The notes under the pieces were generated by a model. That model was not told the origin of the DNA and did not search any database. It saw only the letters and a program-made list of their open reading frames with translations. Source: an uncultured virus (IMG/VR IMGVR_UViG_3300020530_000425) (Duplodnaviria; Heunggongvirae; Uroviricota; Caudoviricetes). From it: DNA of 64,000 nucleotides. The translations under genes were made by a program, and so were the position numbers. The stretch is from IMG/VR virus record IMGVR_UViG_3300020530_000425; one strand, 5' to 3'. Below, one piece after another: positions 18,759 through 28,602 of the stretch (the stretch's first letter is position 1; each line of letters begins with the position of its first letter).

Positions 18759-20225
18759 TTATTTTAAACAATGAACATTTATTAATTTATGTTTATCGGA
18801 AATGATTTTAGTGCTAATATGTTTATACTTCATATTATTTATACCATCTTTTTTATAATCAATCTTACCCTGTTGCATTTCTAATACATATCTTCTTTCA
18901 TTTCTAGCCGTTGTTTCTCCTTTAGCCCATTTATCAACACCTCCAACTTTAATTAACCCCTCGGTTTCATGTGGTAGACAGAAAAATTTACCATCTCTTC
19001 TATGCGGTAATATTACATGAGGTATTTGTATTTCTCTTTCCTCAATACTAACATTATACATTACACCATCATTTACTTCAGCCTGGTCTATTACAAATTT
19101 ACCATCAGTTATTTCATCAAAATTATAATGTAATATTAAACCATCCGTTGAATATTCTTTATGTAATTTTGAAACATCTTCACTTGATAATGCTCTATTC
19201 CATAATTTAATATCGGCAATTTCACCTTTAAAAAAGGCGTGTGGTTCAAATGGTTCTACGGTAGATGTGTGTCCTATGTAAAATGGCTCTGTACCATATC
19301 TTTTTAAATTATAGTTGTATTCAACTGGAGATTGTGTGCCAGTTCCGTTTCTAGCATCACTTTCATTTCCATTCAAATAAAAATGCATTTTCTTTTCTAA
19401 ATCATCAACTACCATTGTTACCCAAGTCCACTCACCTTCATAACGCTTGAACCATTGATATATGTGTTCTCTGTGTGAGTTCCACATCATACCAGTATAT
19501 GCTCTACTGTTATTAAAGGATAATCCCCAATCATAACCTGGTTTTCTGAATATAGGATATTCAACAAATTTTCTTTCAGTATCACCAATTAACCAAATAG
19601 GAACTTTTTCTATTTGTTGTTCTGCTTTTACTAATACTGAAATCGTATGTGAATTAGATATTGCCATTCTAGTTTGTTCTGTGGATGGTATTTTAATATA
19701 AGATTGCTTACCATCAAATAGTGCCACATTTTTTACTTTAGCAAAATCAATAGTTTGTTTATCCACATATCCTTCCATAACACATCTCCAAAAAAGGTCA
19801 TCATCTTCCATACCCCAATCCCAATAGTCATTTGAATAACCATTAGTTGCTAAAACTTGTTCTTTTGTAAAAACAACCGCACCACCAAAGTATTCCTGAT
19901 ATTTTAATTGATAATCAGATTGTGAAATACGAACTGCAATGTGTTGTGGATTTTCTTCTGGATATGAATAATCACAACTATCATCTTCAGGCACCATATC
20001 AATATCATGCCAAACAATATAATCACATCCATCATCAATTGCGTGCTTTGCAGCAATATTTTTCATCAATCCTCTGTTGAATAAATATTCATCACATTGA
20101 TGTGCAATATAAATGGTATGGTCAATTCCTTTCTTTGTTAAGAAATTAGTAACCCAAGGAACAAATTTATTCATGTGTTCCTCTCTGTTTCTATATGGTA
20201 CGCAAACACCTAACTTATGTCCCAT
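18759..20225 (-). CDS. GT7 beta-1,4-galactosyltransferase-like protein with inserted LamG-like domain, copy 1
   Basis: VPYRNR, FNRG, HDID, YFGG, NGYSNDYWDWGMEDDD; insert with FYLNG, FKGEIADIKLWNRALS; GT7 tail LPH...DGINNMKY. Confidence 0.88.
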   Translation of the reverse strand: MGHKLGVCVPYRNREEHMNKFVPWVTNFLTKKGIDHTIYIAHQCDEYLFNRGLMKNIAAKHAIDDGCDYIVWHDIDMVPEDDSCDYSYPEENPQHIAVRISQSDYQLKYQEYFGGAVVFTKEQVLATNGYSNDYWDWGMEDDDLFWRCVMEGYVDKQTIDFAKVKNVALFDGKQSYIKIPSTEQTRMAISNSHTISVLVKAEQQIEKVPIWLIGDTERKFVEYPIFRKPGYDWGLSFNNSRAYTGMMWNSHREHIYQWFKRYEGEWTWVTMVVDDLEKKMHFYLNGNESDARNGTGTQSPVEYNYNLKRYGTEPFYIGHTSTVEPFEPHAFFKGEIADIKLWNRALSSEDVSKLHKEYSTDGLILHYNFDEITDGKFVIDQAEVNDGVMYNVSIEEREIQIPHVILPHRRDGKFFCLPHETEGLIKVGGVDKWAKGETTARNERRYVLEMQQGKIDYKKDGINNMKYKHISTKIISDKHKLINVHCLK

Positions 20226-20226
20226 T

Positions 20227-21657
20227 CTACAATAATACCGATAGATGATGATAGTTATTCATTGTTACATCATTTAATACTTGATATAAACAACTATTTA
20301 AACCATCTTTATCTGTGTTATATAATTTAGTTTTAACTTGATTTAAAAATCTTAATTGGTTTATACGAGTTTCTCTGTGAACCCAGTTTTTCTCATTCCA
20401 ACTATTTGTTTTATGAGATAATAATTTAAATAAAGATTTTCTTCTATATGGAACTGCCATTTCTCTACCCAATGATTCATGTGATTTTATGAAATGGCAA
20501 TTGTGTATTTCTCCGTTATTATTATTAAATGATAAATCTAATAAAGTATCTTCTTTATAGAATTTAAAATCATAATATAATTGTAAATGTTGTGCGGATT
20601 TATAACCTCTAAAATTTTCTAATAAAGAATTTTCTAAAACATTGTCAGATAATATTTCAATTTCTTTATCTTTTAATTTACAATCATATATTGCAAATTC
20701 GGAAATCATTCCATAAAAAAAGTTTTGATTAGAATCTCTTTCTGGTGAACCAACTCCTAAATAAAAATATTCTTCATTTGAATAATCTTTAGGTGCATGT
20801 TTTACTTTTTCAGTATTAACTAACGTACCATCTTTATAAAAAGAAATTTGGTTTTTTTCATAATCAAAAGTTAAACAGATTTGAGTAAAATGATTAGTTA
20901 ATATTTCTGAATTAATAGAAGTGCAGTTATCAGTATTATCCCAAAAATCTATTTTATATCTTCTAAATGAATTATAACTTATATTTGTATCATAACCAGG
21001 TATAGAAAATACAGTATACTCATCATAATCATTATTTGGGTTAGATGTTATTTCATCTGGCTTAAATGTTATTAATATTGTAGTATCCTTTTCAAAATCT
21101 AATAATTCTTTTTTTGGTATTTTTATATAAGAATCGTTTCCACTAAATGATAATCCGTATAATTTTTTGGTTTCATTTTTACCAATTATTTTAGAATCTA
21201 ATGGAATTTTTTTCTGATTTACTCTAAATAAAAGGTCGTCATCTTCAAATCCCCATCCCCAATATAAATTGGAATACCCGTTTATTCGTTCAAATGTATC
21301 GGAACTAAACATAGTTACACCACCAAAATAGTCATCAAATGATAAGTTTTTAGATTTATCATATTCTAATTCAAAATTAGTTGCAAGATGCATAGGTAAT
21401 TCAGAATAAGAATAATCAACCTCAATTGGTAACATATCCACATCATGAAATACAACATAACCACATCCTAATTCTTTTGCTTTAATATATCCAATATTTA
21501 ATAACTTTCCTCTATTAAACGGTTTATCATCAGTTTGTTCAACTACAATAATTTCGTGTTTAATTTTTTTGGATTTTAAATATGAAGATGTTATTTCACC
21601 GAATCGGGTGAGATGTGATTCTCTATCTCTATATGGTACAATTATTCCTAATTTCAT
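20227..21657 (-). CDS. GT7 galactosyltransferase-like protein with inserted LamG-like domain, copy 2
   Basis: VPYRDR, FNRGKLLNIG, HDVDMLP, YFGGV, NGYSNLYWGWGFEDDD; insert FYKDG, FYGMISEFAIY; tail LSH...DGLNSCLY. Confidence 0.88.
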   Translation of the reverse strand: MKLGIIVPYRDRESHLTRFGEITSSYLKSKKIKHEIIVVEQTDDKPFNRGKLLNIGYIKAKELGCGYVVFHDVDMLPIEVDYSYSELPMHLATNFELEYDKSKNLSFDDYFGGVTMFSSDTFERINGYSNLYWGWGFEDDDLLFRVNQKKIPLDSKIIGKNETKKLYGLSFSGNDSYIKIPKKELLDFEKDTTILITFKPDEITSNPNNDYDEYTVFSIPGYDTNISYNSFRRYKIDFWDNTDNCTSINSEILTNHFTQICLTFDYEKNQISFYKDGTLVNTEKVKHAPKDYSNEEYFYLGVGSPERDSNQNFFYGMISEFAIYDCKLKDKEIEILSDNVLENSLLENFRGYKSAQHLQLYYDFKFYKEDTLLDLSFNNNNGEIHNCHFIKSHESLGREMAVPYRRKSLFKLLSHKTNSWNEKNWVHRETRINQLRFLNQVKTKLYNTDKDGLNSCLYQVLNDVTMNNYHHLSVLL

Positions 21658-21662
21658 TTAGA

Positions 21663-22004
21663 TTATACTTTTTCGATATCTTTTTTAGGTCTTGCTCTAC
21701 GAGGTGGTGGTAATTCTGCCCCTTCTTCGGTTTGGGCAGGTTCTGTTGGAACATTTCCAGCAAAAGGTTTTTCTGAATTTGATGATGCACCATTTTCTTT
21801 TGCAATATTATAGAATTCATACAGATAATACGCAACTCTATCACTCCACTCTGATTTGTTAATTTCTTCAAACCAAATAGTAAGTGCATCTAATGAGTTT
21901 GCAATTTTTTCTAATGCTTTTACTTTTCTAGTTTCTAACACAACTGATTCTAAATTTTCGTTTGTAGAAGGTGTTGTATCAGACTGTAACTTAATTTTTG
22001 CCAT
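21663..22004 (-). CDS. Hypothetical protein
   Basis: 113-aa ORF tightly packed between GT7 genes; helical core, low-complexity tail. Confidence 0.7.
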   Translation of the reverse strand: MAKIKLQSDTTPSTNENLESVVLETRKVKALEKIANSLDALTIWFEEINKSEWSDRVAYYLYEFYNIAKENGASSNSEKPFAGNVPTEPAQTEEGAELPPPRRARPKKDIEKV

Positions 22005-22011
22005 TTTATTT

Positions 22012-23469
22012 TTATATTTTAATTTGATGCTTATAAACTCCTGTTTTAATTTCTTCGGTTGATATTAAATCGTATGATAATGTATTCAAACCAAATTTAT
22101 CAGTATCTAATATATCAGTTGCAATTTCATAAAAGAAAATATTTTCATTTTCTTCAAATATTTCATTTTTTTCTGTCCAATTATAGTTCTCTAATTTAGT
22201 AAATTTTTTTGAATTTTCCAAGATTTGAAACCGTCCATTTGATTGTTCTGGCATATCAAATTCATAAGATAAATTCAATTCTTCGGAATATGTTTCCTGA
22301 TGTATTCCAGTTGATACTATTCTTGGATTTGAAAATGTTTTAGAATCATCTACATAAAAATCTCCAAATTTTTTATCAAATGGTACATTTATAACCGCTT
22401 CAAAATTTGTAGTTATTGTATTGTTTGTTGTTTTGTATCCGTCTGTATATAATTTTATTATTTCAGAATCTGCTAACGCGTAATCAAATAATAATAAGTT
22501 GGATATTTTGCCACTAAATGAATTTTTAAATGCTAAACTACCAATCCATAAATCTTTTCCTTTAAAATCCATTAAATGTTTTGGTAATTTATCTAATGTT
22601 TGCACAATTTTACCATCAACATATAAACTGGCTTTTTTCTTATCCATATCAACCTTTAATGATAGGTTTATCCATTGATTGGCATGAGATTTATGTGGAT
22701 ACCACATTTGATGTAAATTATTATCATCACTCCACAATTGAACTACAATTGCTTCATTTTTCATAATAAAAATTCCCATATCATATCCTTGTTTTCCAAT
22801 AATACACCCATTATTTGATTGGTTGTTATTGATAAAAACATTCATTGATATTGTAAATGAATCTTCAAAAATATAATCGGTTGTTTTATTTGCTCTTACA
22901 AATACACAATTATTTTCATTTGATTCAAACGGATATATTGTTTTTTTAATGTATTTATTTACCTCTTTTACATCTGTTAAAACATGCGGTTTATATATAT
23001 TTTTAGTAAAAAATCTTTTTGCAGATAATAATTTGTGTTTTTTTAATCTATACAAAAAATCTATCCAATGAAAAGAACCTCCCCAATAATCATTACTAAA
23101 TCCGTTTGCTTCGAAGAAATTTTCTTTTGTAATTTTAAAAGCACCACCTACCCAATGTGGATATGGTTTTAAATTTGGACAAAGGTGAGTTGGATAGTAT
23201 TCAAAATCGTAATTGCACGATTCCTGTTTAGGTAAAATATCTATATCATGGAATACATAATAATCTGAACGATTTTGTGTTATGGATGCACCAATATTGC
23301 ATAACTTTCCATAATTGAAATAAACATCTGCATCAATTTGTTCTATGAAATGAATTTCGTAATCCGTTTTATCTTTTAAAAAGTATTCCATGTGACCCAC
23401 AAAGGTATATAGGTCTTGTAAACGATTGGAGTACGGTACTATAATTGATAACTTTTTATTGTTCATCAT
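22012..23469 (-). CDS. Degenerate GT7-like protein with inserted LamG-like domain, copy 3
   Basis: IIVPY, FNYGKLCNIG, HDIDILP, WVGG, NGFSNDYWG retained, but WGxEDDD is replaced by GSFHWID; insert LYVDG, FSGKISNL; tail FGLNTLSY. Confidence 0.8.
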   Translation of the reverse strand: MMNNKKLSIIVPYSNRLQDLYTFVGHMEYFLKDKTDYEIHFIEQIDADVYFNYGKLCNIGASITQNRSDYYVFHDIDILPKQESCNYDFEYYPTHLCPNLKPYPHWVGGAFKITKENFFEANGFSNDYWGGSFHWIDFLYRLKKHKLLSAKRFFTKNIYKPHVLTDVKEVNKYIKKTIYPFESNENNCVFVRANKTTDYIFEDSFTISMNVFINNNQSNNGCIIGKQGYDMGIFIMKNEAIVVQLWSDDNNLHQMWYPHKSHANQWINLSLKVDMDKKKASLYVDGKIVQTLDKLPKHLMDFKGKDLWIGSLAFKNSFSGKISNLLLFDYALADSEIIKLYTDGYKTTNNTITTNFEAVINVPFDKKFGDFYVDDSKTFSNPRIVSTGIHQETYSEELNLSYEFDMPEQSNGRFQILENSKKFTKLENYNWTEKNEIFEENENIFFYEIATDILDTDKFGLNTLSYDLISTEEIKTGVYKHQIKI

Positions 23470-23483
23470 TTTAATAACCTATT

Positions 23484-24335
23484 TTATATAGATATAATTT
23501 TTTTAAATAATTTATCCCAATTTTTATAATTTTCATAGTTCGCAGTTGGGCAATATTCAAACATATATGTTACATCATCATCAATTGGCATTTGAAAGTT
23601 TTCTCTCCGAAGTGCTTGGTACATTTTTAAATATTCATCTGAAAATGCATAATCTTTTCTAATATCTGCTACTGATTTAATTCTATCTATACAAGTAGAA
23701 TCCCATTTAAAATGATGAACCTGAACATTATACTCATCAACGGGTGCAATTAATGGGTGATTCCATCCCATCCATTTCCAAGTTGTTTGTCCATCAATTT
23801 TAGCATAATGTTGTCCTGATGTTAATTCAATATTTCCTTTTACTATACAAATTTTGTTTGGACATGCTCCACTCATTGGGTATCTGAAAAATCCAGCATA
23901 CGGAAATTGCTCAAATATATTATCAGTTTGATTTATTTTACTAAATTCACCATCTTCCCCAATTCTATCTATAAATCCACCTCTTACTAATTCCCACCCG
24001 TTATTATTACAATCCGCTATTATTTCTGATAATGGTTTTGAATATAAATGAAACTCATCATCATCCGATATTACCCACCAATCATTAGGATATTTTGATT
24101 TTTCTTCGTTGTATAATTTGGTAACTAATTCCCAATTATATTTTTCTCCAATTGCTCTTCTTACTATTTTCGCATTTGAAAATTGTGAAACAATATCGGA
24201 TACATCATTGTATGTACTAACACCTTCCCATTCATATACAACCACCCACATCTCATCTACTAAATCGGCATAATGCTTTAGCATGTGATATAAAGTGTTT
24301 GTTCTACTACCTGTTACTGTAACTAATCTAATCAT
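23484..24335 (-). CDS. GT-A fold glycosyltransferase (GT2-like)
   Basis: WWVISDDDEF (DxD), K.....GQH, HHFKW motifs. Confidence 0.75.
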   Translation of the reverse strand: MIRLVTVTGSRTNTLYHMLKHYADLVDEMWVVVYEWEGVSTYNDVSDIVSQFSNAKIVRRAIGEKYNWELVTKLYNEEKSKYPNDWWVISDDDEFHLYSKPLSEIIADCNNNGWELVRGGFIDRIGEDGEFSKINQTDNIFEQFPYAGFFRYPMSGACPNKICIVKGNIELTSGQHYAKIDGQTTWKWMGWNHPLIAPVDEYNVQVHHFKWDSTCIDRIKSVADIRKDYAFSDEYLKMYQALRRENFQMPIDDDVTYMFEYCPTANYENYKNWDKLFKKIISI

Positions 24336-25090
24336 TTTCTTTTAACTAATGTTAATCCAGTTGATGCTGGTTTATTTTTTTGAATACCAAAATTAAAAAG
24401 GTCAAATACTTCCCAATTTGGATTATCCTTTAATTCTTTTGCAAATACAATTGGTCCGTGCCAATCATCAAAATCACCTCTATCTTTTACTTCGTTTGTA
24501 ACGATGTAACTATCTGCATAGTTAGGGTCGGTATCGTGGATTGAAATGATTCCATTTGGAGAAAGTAATTGTGAGTATAACTCAAAATCTTCTTTAACAT
24601 TTTCATAACTATGCCCTGCATCAATATGCAAATAATCTATCTGAATATCATTGAGAACAAAATAATTATGAAATGCTTCTTCTGTTGTTTTATTAATAAT
24701 TCGTGGATGAAATGTTCTTCTAAAAAAAGATTCTTCTCTGAACCAATTTACATTACCCCCAATACCATTCATCGCATCAACTACATAAGTAACTCCAATA
24801 TCTCCCCAATTTAAATCAGGATTTCCTTCAAATATTTTCTGATTATATAAATCATATCTAGCCTGTGTCATTAATCTTGGAATAAATCCACCACCACTTC
24901 CCAAACATACACAAGTTTTTGCTCTCATATACTGGATGATGGAATACACAATTAATCCATCACCTAAATGTAAATCAGTTGCACCATGAGACCATCTATA
25001 AGGAACTGGAGAATCTTCTTGTTCCTGATACTCATTGAATTCGATATTATTTGTTATAGTATTTTTTATGTATTGTAAATCTTGTAGCAT
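24332..25090 (-). CDS. Class I SAM-dependent methyltransferase
   Basis: CLGSGGG, IDYLHIDAGHSYENVKEDF, GIISIHD. Confidence 0.88.
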   Translation of the reverse strand: MLQDLQYIKNTITNNIEFNEYQEQEDSPVPYRWSHGATDLHLGDGLIVYSIIQYMRAKTCVCLGSGGGFIPRLMTQARYDLYNQKIFEGNPDLNWGDIGVTYVVDAMNGIGGNVNWFREESFFRRTFHPRIINKTTEEAFHNYFVLNDIQIDYLHIDAGHSYENVKEDFELYSQLLSPNGIISIHDTDPNYADSYIVTNEVKDRGDFDDWHGPIVFAKELKDNPNWEVFDLFNFGIQKNKPASTGLTLVKRK

Positions 25091-25117
25091 TAGATTAGTT
25101 GATAAAGTAAAGTGATT

Positions 25118-25149
25118 ACAATATACTAAAAAAAATTCACATTTACAAA
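25118..25149 (-). promoter_or_regulatory. Bacteroidota-type sigma-A promoter (-33/-7)
   Basis: Minus strand TTTG-N20-TATATTGT upstream of the methyltransferase gene. Confidence 0.6.
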
Positions 25150-25152
25150 ACT

Positions 25153-26040
25153 TTATTCAGTTATTTTAGTATAATATTTTTCAACTTCATCTTTAATTTT
25201 TGGCCATAGAAAATTTGTAAAGAAATCGATTGATTGTTCTTTTGATGGATGATTTTTACCACCCAACATTGGTTCGTTTTTGTTGACAAAGTATTCTAGC
25301 ATACCACCACCAAATCCATTTACCCTAACATCATCTGTAAATATAAATTTACTAAAATCAATTTTTTCTAATAGTTCTGATATTATATTTGCTTCGAACC
25401 ATGAATCGTCAAATGGTTCTAATTTATCAAACAAACTTTCTGTTTTTAGTATAGAATAATTTCCTGCGTCTGAATCTGTTTTTTTTTGAAGAATCTGTAA
25501 CTTGTTTACTGCAACATCCATTTGAAATAAATTACCTATACAAAACATTTTATATGGTATATTTTTTTCTTTAAAATACTGTTGAGTATGATATATACTT
25601 TCTAATGTTTGCAATATAGCACCATGTATTGAATAATATTTTTCAAAGAATTCTTTTCCATATCCTGATATATCAGTTCCGTTTAACATATAGTTTATTT
25701 TACCAATTCTTTCAGGATGCATATTCATTCTTGGAAAGTTTTTTGCTCTATCCTCATCTACAAATACAGGATAATCCCATCTATCGATTGTAGACCATTG
25801 AACTATTGCATAATCCACTTTCCAATGTGGTTTTAGTGCGTTATTATACTGTAATGAATTTAAAAACTTAAATACTTTTCTCCTCATTATGTCATTTCCA
25901 GAACCACCACAACCTGCATTATATACATCAAATGGTTCCGCTGATTTTTTATTATCAAATAAAGAATATCCTTCCGTTTCAAACCCAATAGGCCAGTTTT
26001 CATCTCCAGCAGAAAACGAGCATCCGTTTATTAATATCAT
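25153..26040 (-). CDS. SGNH/GDSL-like protein (GCSF family), paralog 3
   Basis: INGCSFS, GGSGNDIMRR, VQWS, NHPS. Confidence 0.7.
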   Translation of the reverse strand: MILINGCSFSAGDENWPIGFETEGYSLFDNKKSAEPFDVYNAGCGGSGNDIMRRKVFKFLNSLQYNNALKPHWKVDYAIVQWSTIDRWDYPVFVDEDRAKNFPRMNMHPERIGKINYMLNGTDISGYGKEFFEKYYSIHGAILQTLESIYHTQQYFKEKNIPYKMFCIGNLFQMDVAVNKLQILQKKTDSDAGNYSILKTESLFDKLEPFDDSWFEANIISELLEKIDFSKFIFTDDVRVNGFGGGMLEYFVNKNEPMLGGKNHPSKEQSIDFFTNFLWPKIKDEVEKYYTKITE

Positions 26041-27359
26041 AATAATTTATTTATATTATTCATTATATTGCAATAATGTGTTATCAATTTTTGTTTATTT
26101 TCTTTTAATATAGGTGTTTTTTGAATAAATGTATTTTTAGCATCGTTTATATTTTTATTTTTTAAAAAATCTACTATCATATCAATTTGTTCTAATTCAT
26201 TTTTTGTTTGAATTCCTTGTAAACCAAAATCATCTAAAAACAAATCTATACCAATTCTTTTATATTCACTATATACTTTATTGGAACCAAATATCAATGG
26301 AAGTTTTTCCGATAATATTGGTTTTATAGATTTTTCTGTAAAAAATCCATATTTTAAATTAAAAATACAATGTGTTTCACCAACTACTTCAAAATATGAT
26401 AAATCGTATTCTTTTTCTCTAAAATAATAAAGTAAATGGTCAAACTCAAATGGAGCATTCAAAGGTGTAATATTTATTTCATTTCTTATAGATTGTAATT
26501 TATTAAAATTTTCTTTTGTAAAATATTTTATATGATTATCGGTATGCGTGTTAGTATGGTCTGTATATATGTATCCTTCTCTAACTGCTTGTAAATATTC
26601 TATTAAAAATTTTTCATTTATACAATTTAAACCTGTTTTTAATATATCCGATTCTTTTGCTTTTAATAAAAACTGAACTCTATGAAATCTTGGTTTTAAT
26701 GCCTGACTACTATACACATATAGTTTTTCAGTATTATGTGATATATTTAGATTTTTAAATATATTATAAAAATTATCATTATATGCTAATTTACCAGTAG
26801 TATGATTTGGAAATAAAAAATTTGTAAATTGTCCTTCGGCCATCAAATGAAACATACAATAGAATGAATCGTAGTGAAAGTTTTTATCTCCATCAAACAA
26901 TTCATAATCTGTCATTTTAATATGATTAAATTTAAAATCATATCTAAAATATTGTTCATCTTTTTCGTACTCAACTGCTTCTAAAAATGCAAAATTAAAT
27001 AAAACTTTTGCATTACGTTCAACATACAGCTGTTCCAATTTATTAAATTCAATTGGATTTTTTTTCATTAATGGTAAATAAAATTCACTCCATATTTTTC
27101 TATCAATAACAATTATTAAATTATCAATTGGGTTTGAATACATTAAATCAAAAGTTGTTATACCATCAAATGATTTTAATTTATTTAATACATTATATGG
27201 GTTTTGTATATAGTGATGTATTTTAATTTTTTCACCAGCATTATCTATAACAATTTCATGATGTTTTTCTATTTTTATTGGGGTTACGGAAATCAAATTT
27301 GCTTCTGGAAACAAATTCTGTAACTCATTATATGTTGCTAATATATTTAATGACCTCAT
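26037..27359 (-). CDS. GT10-like putative glycosyltransferase, paralog 3
   Basis: VVGETH...FFTEKSIKPIL..PLIFG. Confidence 0.5.
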   Translation of the reverse strand: MRSLNILATYNELQNLFPEANLISVTPIKIEKHHEIVIDNAGEKIKIHHYIQNPYNVLNKLKSFDGITTFDLMYSNPIDNLIIVIDRKIWSEFYLPLMKKNPIEFNKLEQLYVERNAKVLFNFAFLEAVEYEKDEQYFRYDFKFNHIKMTDYELFDGDKNFHYDSFYCMFHLMAEGQFTNFLFPNHTTGKLAYNDNFYNIFKNLNISHNTEKLYVYSSQALKPRFHRVQFLLKAKESDILKTGLNCINEKFLIEYLQAVREGYIYTDHTNTHTDNHIKYFTKENFNKLQSIRNEINITPLNAPFEFDHLLYYFREKEYDLSYFEVVGETHCIFNLKYGFFTEKSIKPILSEKLPLIFGSNKVYSEYKRIGIDLFLDDFGLQGIQTKNELEQIDMIVDFLKNKNINDAKNTFIQKTPILKENKQKLITHYCNIMNNINKLL

Positions 27360-28311
27360 TTATCCAATTTTGTTTGTTTGTATAGAAATATAATCTTGTT
27401 GATAGTTTATGAAATTCAGCATTAACTATATCCATATCATTTTCTAAAATTTCTAAATATTTTTGATGAAATTCTCCTTTACTACTTGCTCTATATTTGT
27501 AATCAATATGTGGCATCCAATCGGTATGTATAATTGGAATTTTACCATTATCAATTGCATCAAAAATTGCGTATCCAAACGGTTCTTTAGTATAACATCC
27601 GTGAAATATTTGAAAATTACTTTCAAAAAACTTTTGATGGAACCGATAATCAAATTCTATAAATCTATGGTATTCGGAATTTATTTTAGAACCTTCCAAC
27701 ATTCGTTTGTAATCATATTTGTTTGAAAATATAATTGATGGAATGTAATCTAAATAATGTGCGTTTTTTCGGGTTTCACATCTAGCAGCATACCCAATTT
27801 TGTTAGATATAACTCCTGTAAATGGTTTTTTATTTTTCCATTCGTAATAATTTGTGATTGTAATAGTATTTGGATACATTTTATGTATAGTATCAGATTC
27901 ATATCCAATCCAAACTATATTATCAGAGTTATCTAATATTTCTTTTTGCCATTCCCAATCAATACGAGTCATTAGATTTTCGTACTCATCGTTTAATCCC
28001 AACATATCAGGAATAAATGCATGAACAAAGGTTGTGTGGGTTTTGTGAAGATATTTTTTGATTATAAGATTTGGTTTGTATGAGTGGTGGAGAAAAATTA
28101 TTTTATCACACTCATCTAATATCTTATCTATTTCCTCATCGTTTTGGAAAGTGTAAATTGCACCTTCTTCTGGTAACAAAGGTCTACCATCAACTACAAT
28201 TTTGTAATCGTCTTTTACTAATGGTAATATATTTTCGAAAAAGTTATTACACCATAAATCAGCTCCGCCAATAACATTTTTTCCATAACCTGTTGTGATA
28301 AATACTATCAT
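27328..28311 (-). CDS. GT-B fold glycosyltransferase (GT4-like)
   Basis: N-terminal GGAD, RKN, EPFGYAIFDAIDNGKIPI. Confidence 0.75.
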   Translation of the reverse strand: MIVFITTGYGKNVIGGADLWCNNFFENILPLVKDDYKIVVDGRPLLPEEGAIYTFQNDEEIDKILDECDKIIFLHHSYKPNLIIKKYLHKTHTTFVHAFIPDMLGLNDEYENLMTRIDWEWQKEILDNSDNIVWIGYESDTIHKMYPNTITITNYYEWKNKKPFTGVISNKIGYAARCETRKNAHYLDYIPSIIFSNKYDYKRMLEGSKINSEYHRFIEFDYRFHQKFFESNFQIFHGCYTKEPFGYAIFDAIDNGKIPIIHTDWMPHIDYKYRASSKGEFHQKYLEILENDMDIVNAEFHKLSTRLYFYTNKQNWINEVIKYISNI

Positions 28312-28370
28312 ATAGAACCACTAATCAATAACTTATTTATTTTAAACTTATAGATGCCTACCTTATATGA

Positions 28371-28553
28371 TTATTCGGCAGATTCTACAGGAATTAAAAT
28401 GTATTTTTGCGTATCACCACACTCATTTGGCTCATCGGTATAAATTTCTTGATTTGTACCAAGCCATTCCATTGCTTGTTCAATAGTTAATGATTCACAT
28501 CCTTCAACTGCTGTATCTGTGCCAGATATTACTATTTTCCAAATTTGTTCCAT
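28371..28553 (-). CDS. Hypothetical 60-aa acidic protein
   Basis: ORF with its own upstream TATTTATA motif. Confidence 0.65.
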   Translation of the reverse strand: MEQIWKIVISGTDTAVEGCESLTIEQAMEWLGTNQEIYTDEPNECGDTQKYILIPVESAE

Positions 28554-28572
28554 AATTGTGAGGTTTATTTAC

Positions 28573-28580
28573 TATAAATA
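28573..28580 (-). promoter_or_regulatory. Candidate late promoter TATTTATA
   Basis: 19 nt upstream of ATG 28553, in an intergenic gap. Confidence 0.55.
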
Positions 28581-28602
28581 TAATATTTTTAACAAAACAG
28601 TA

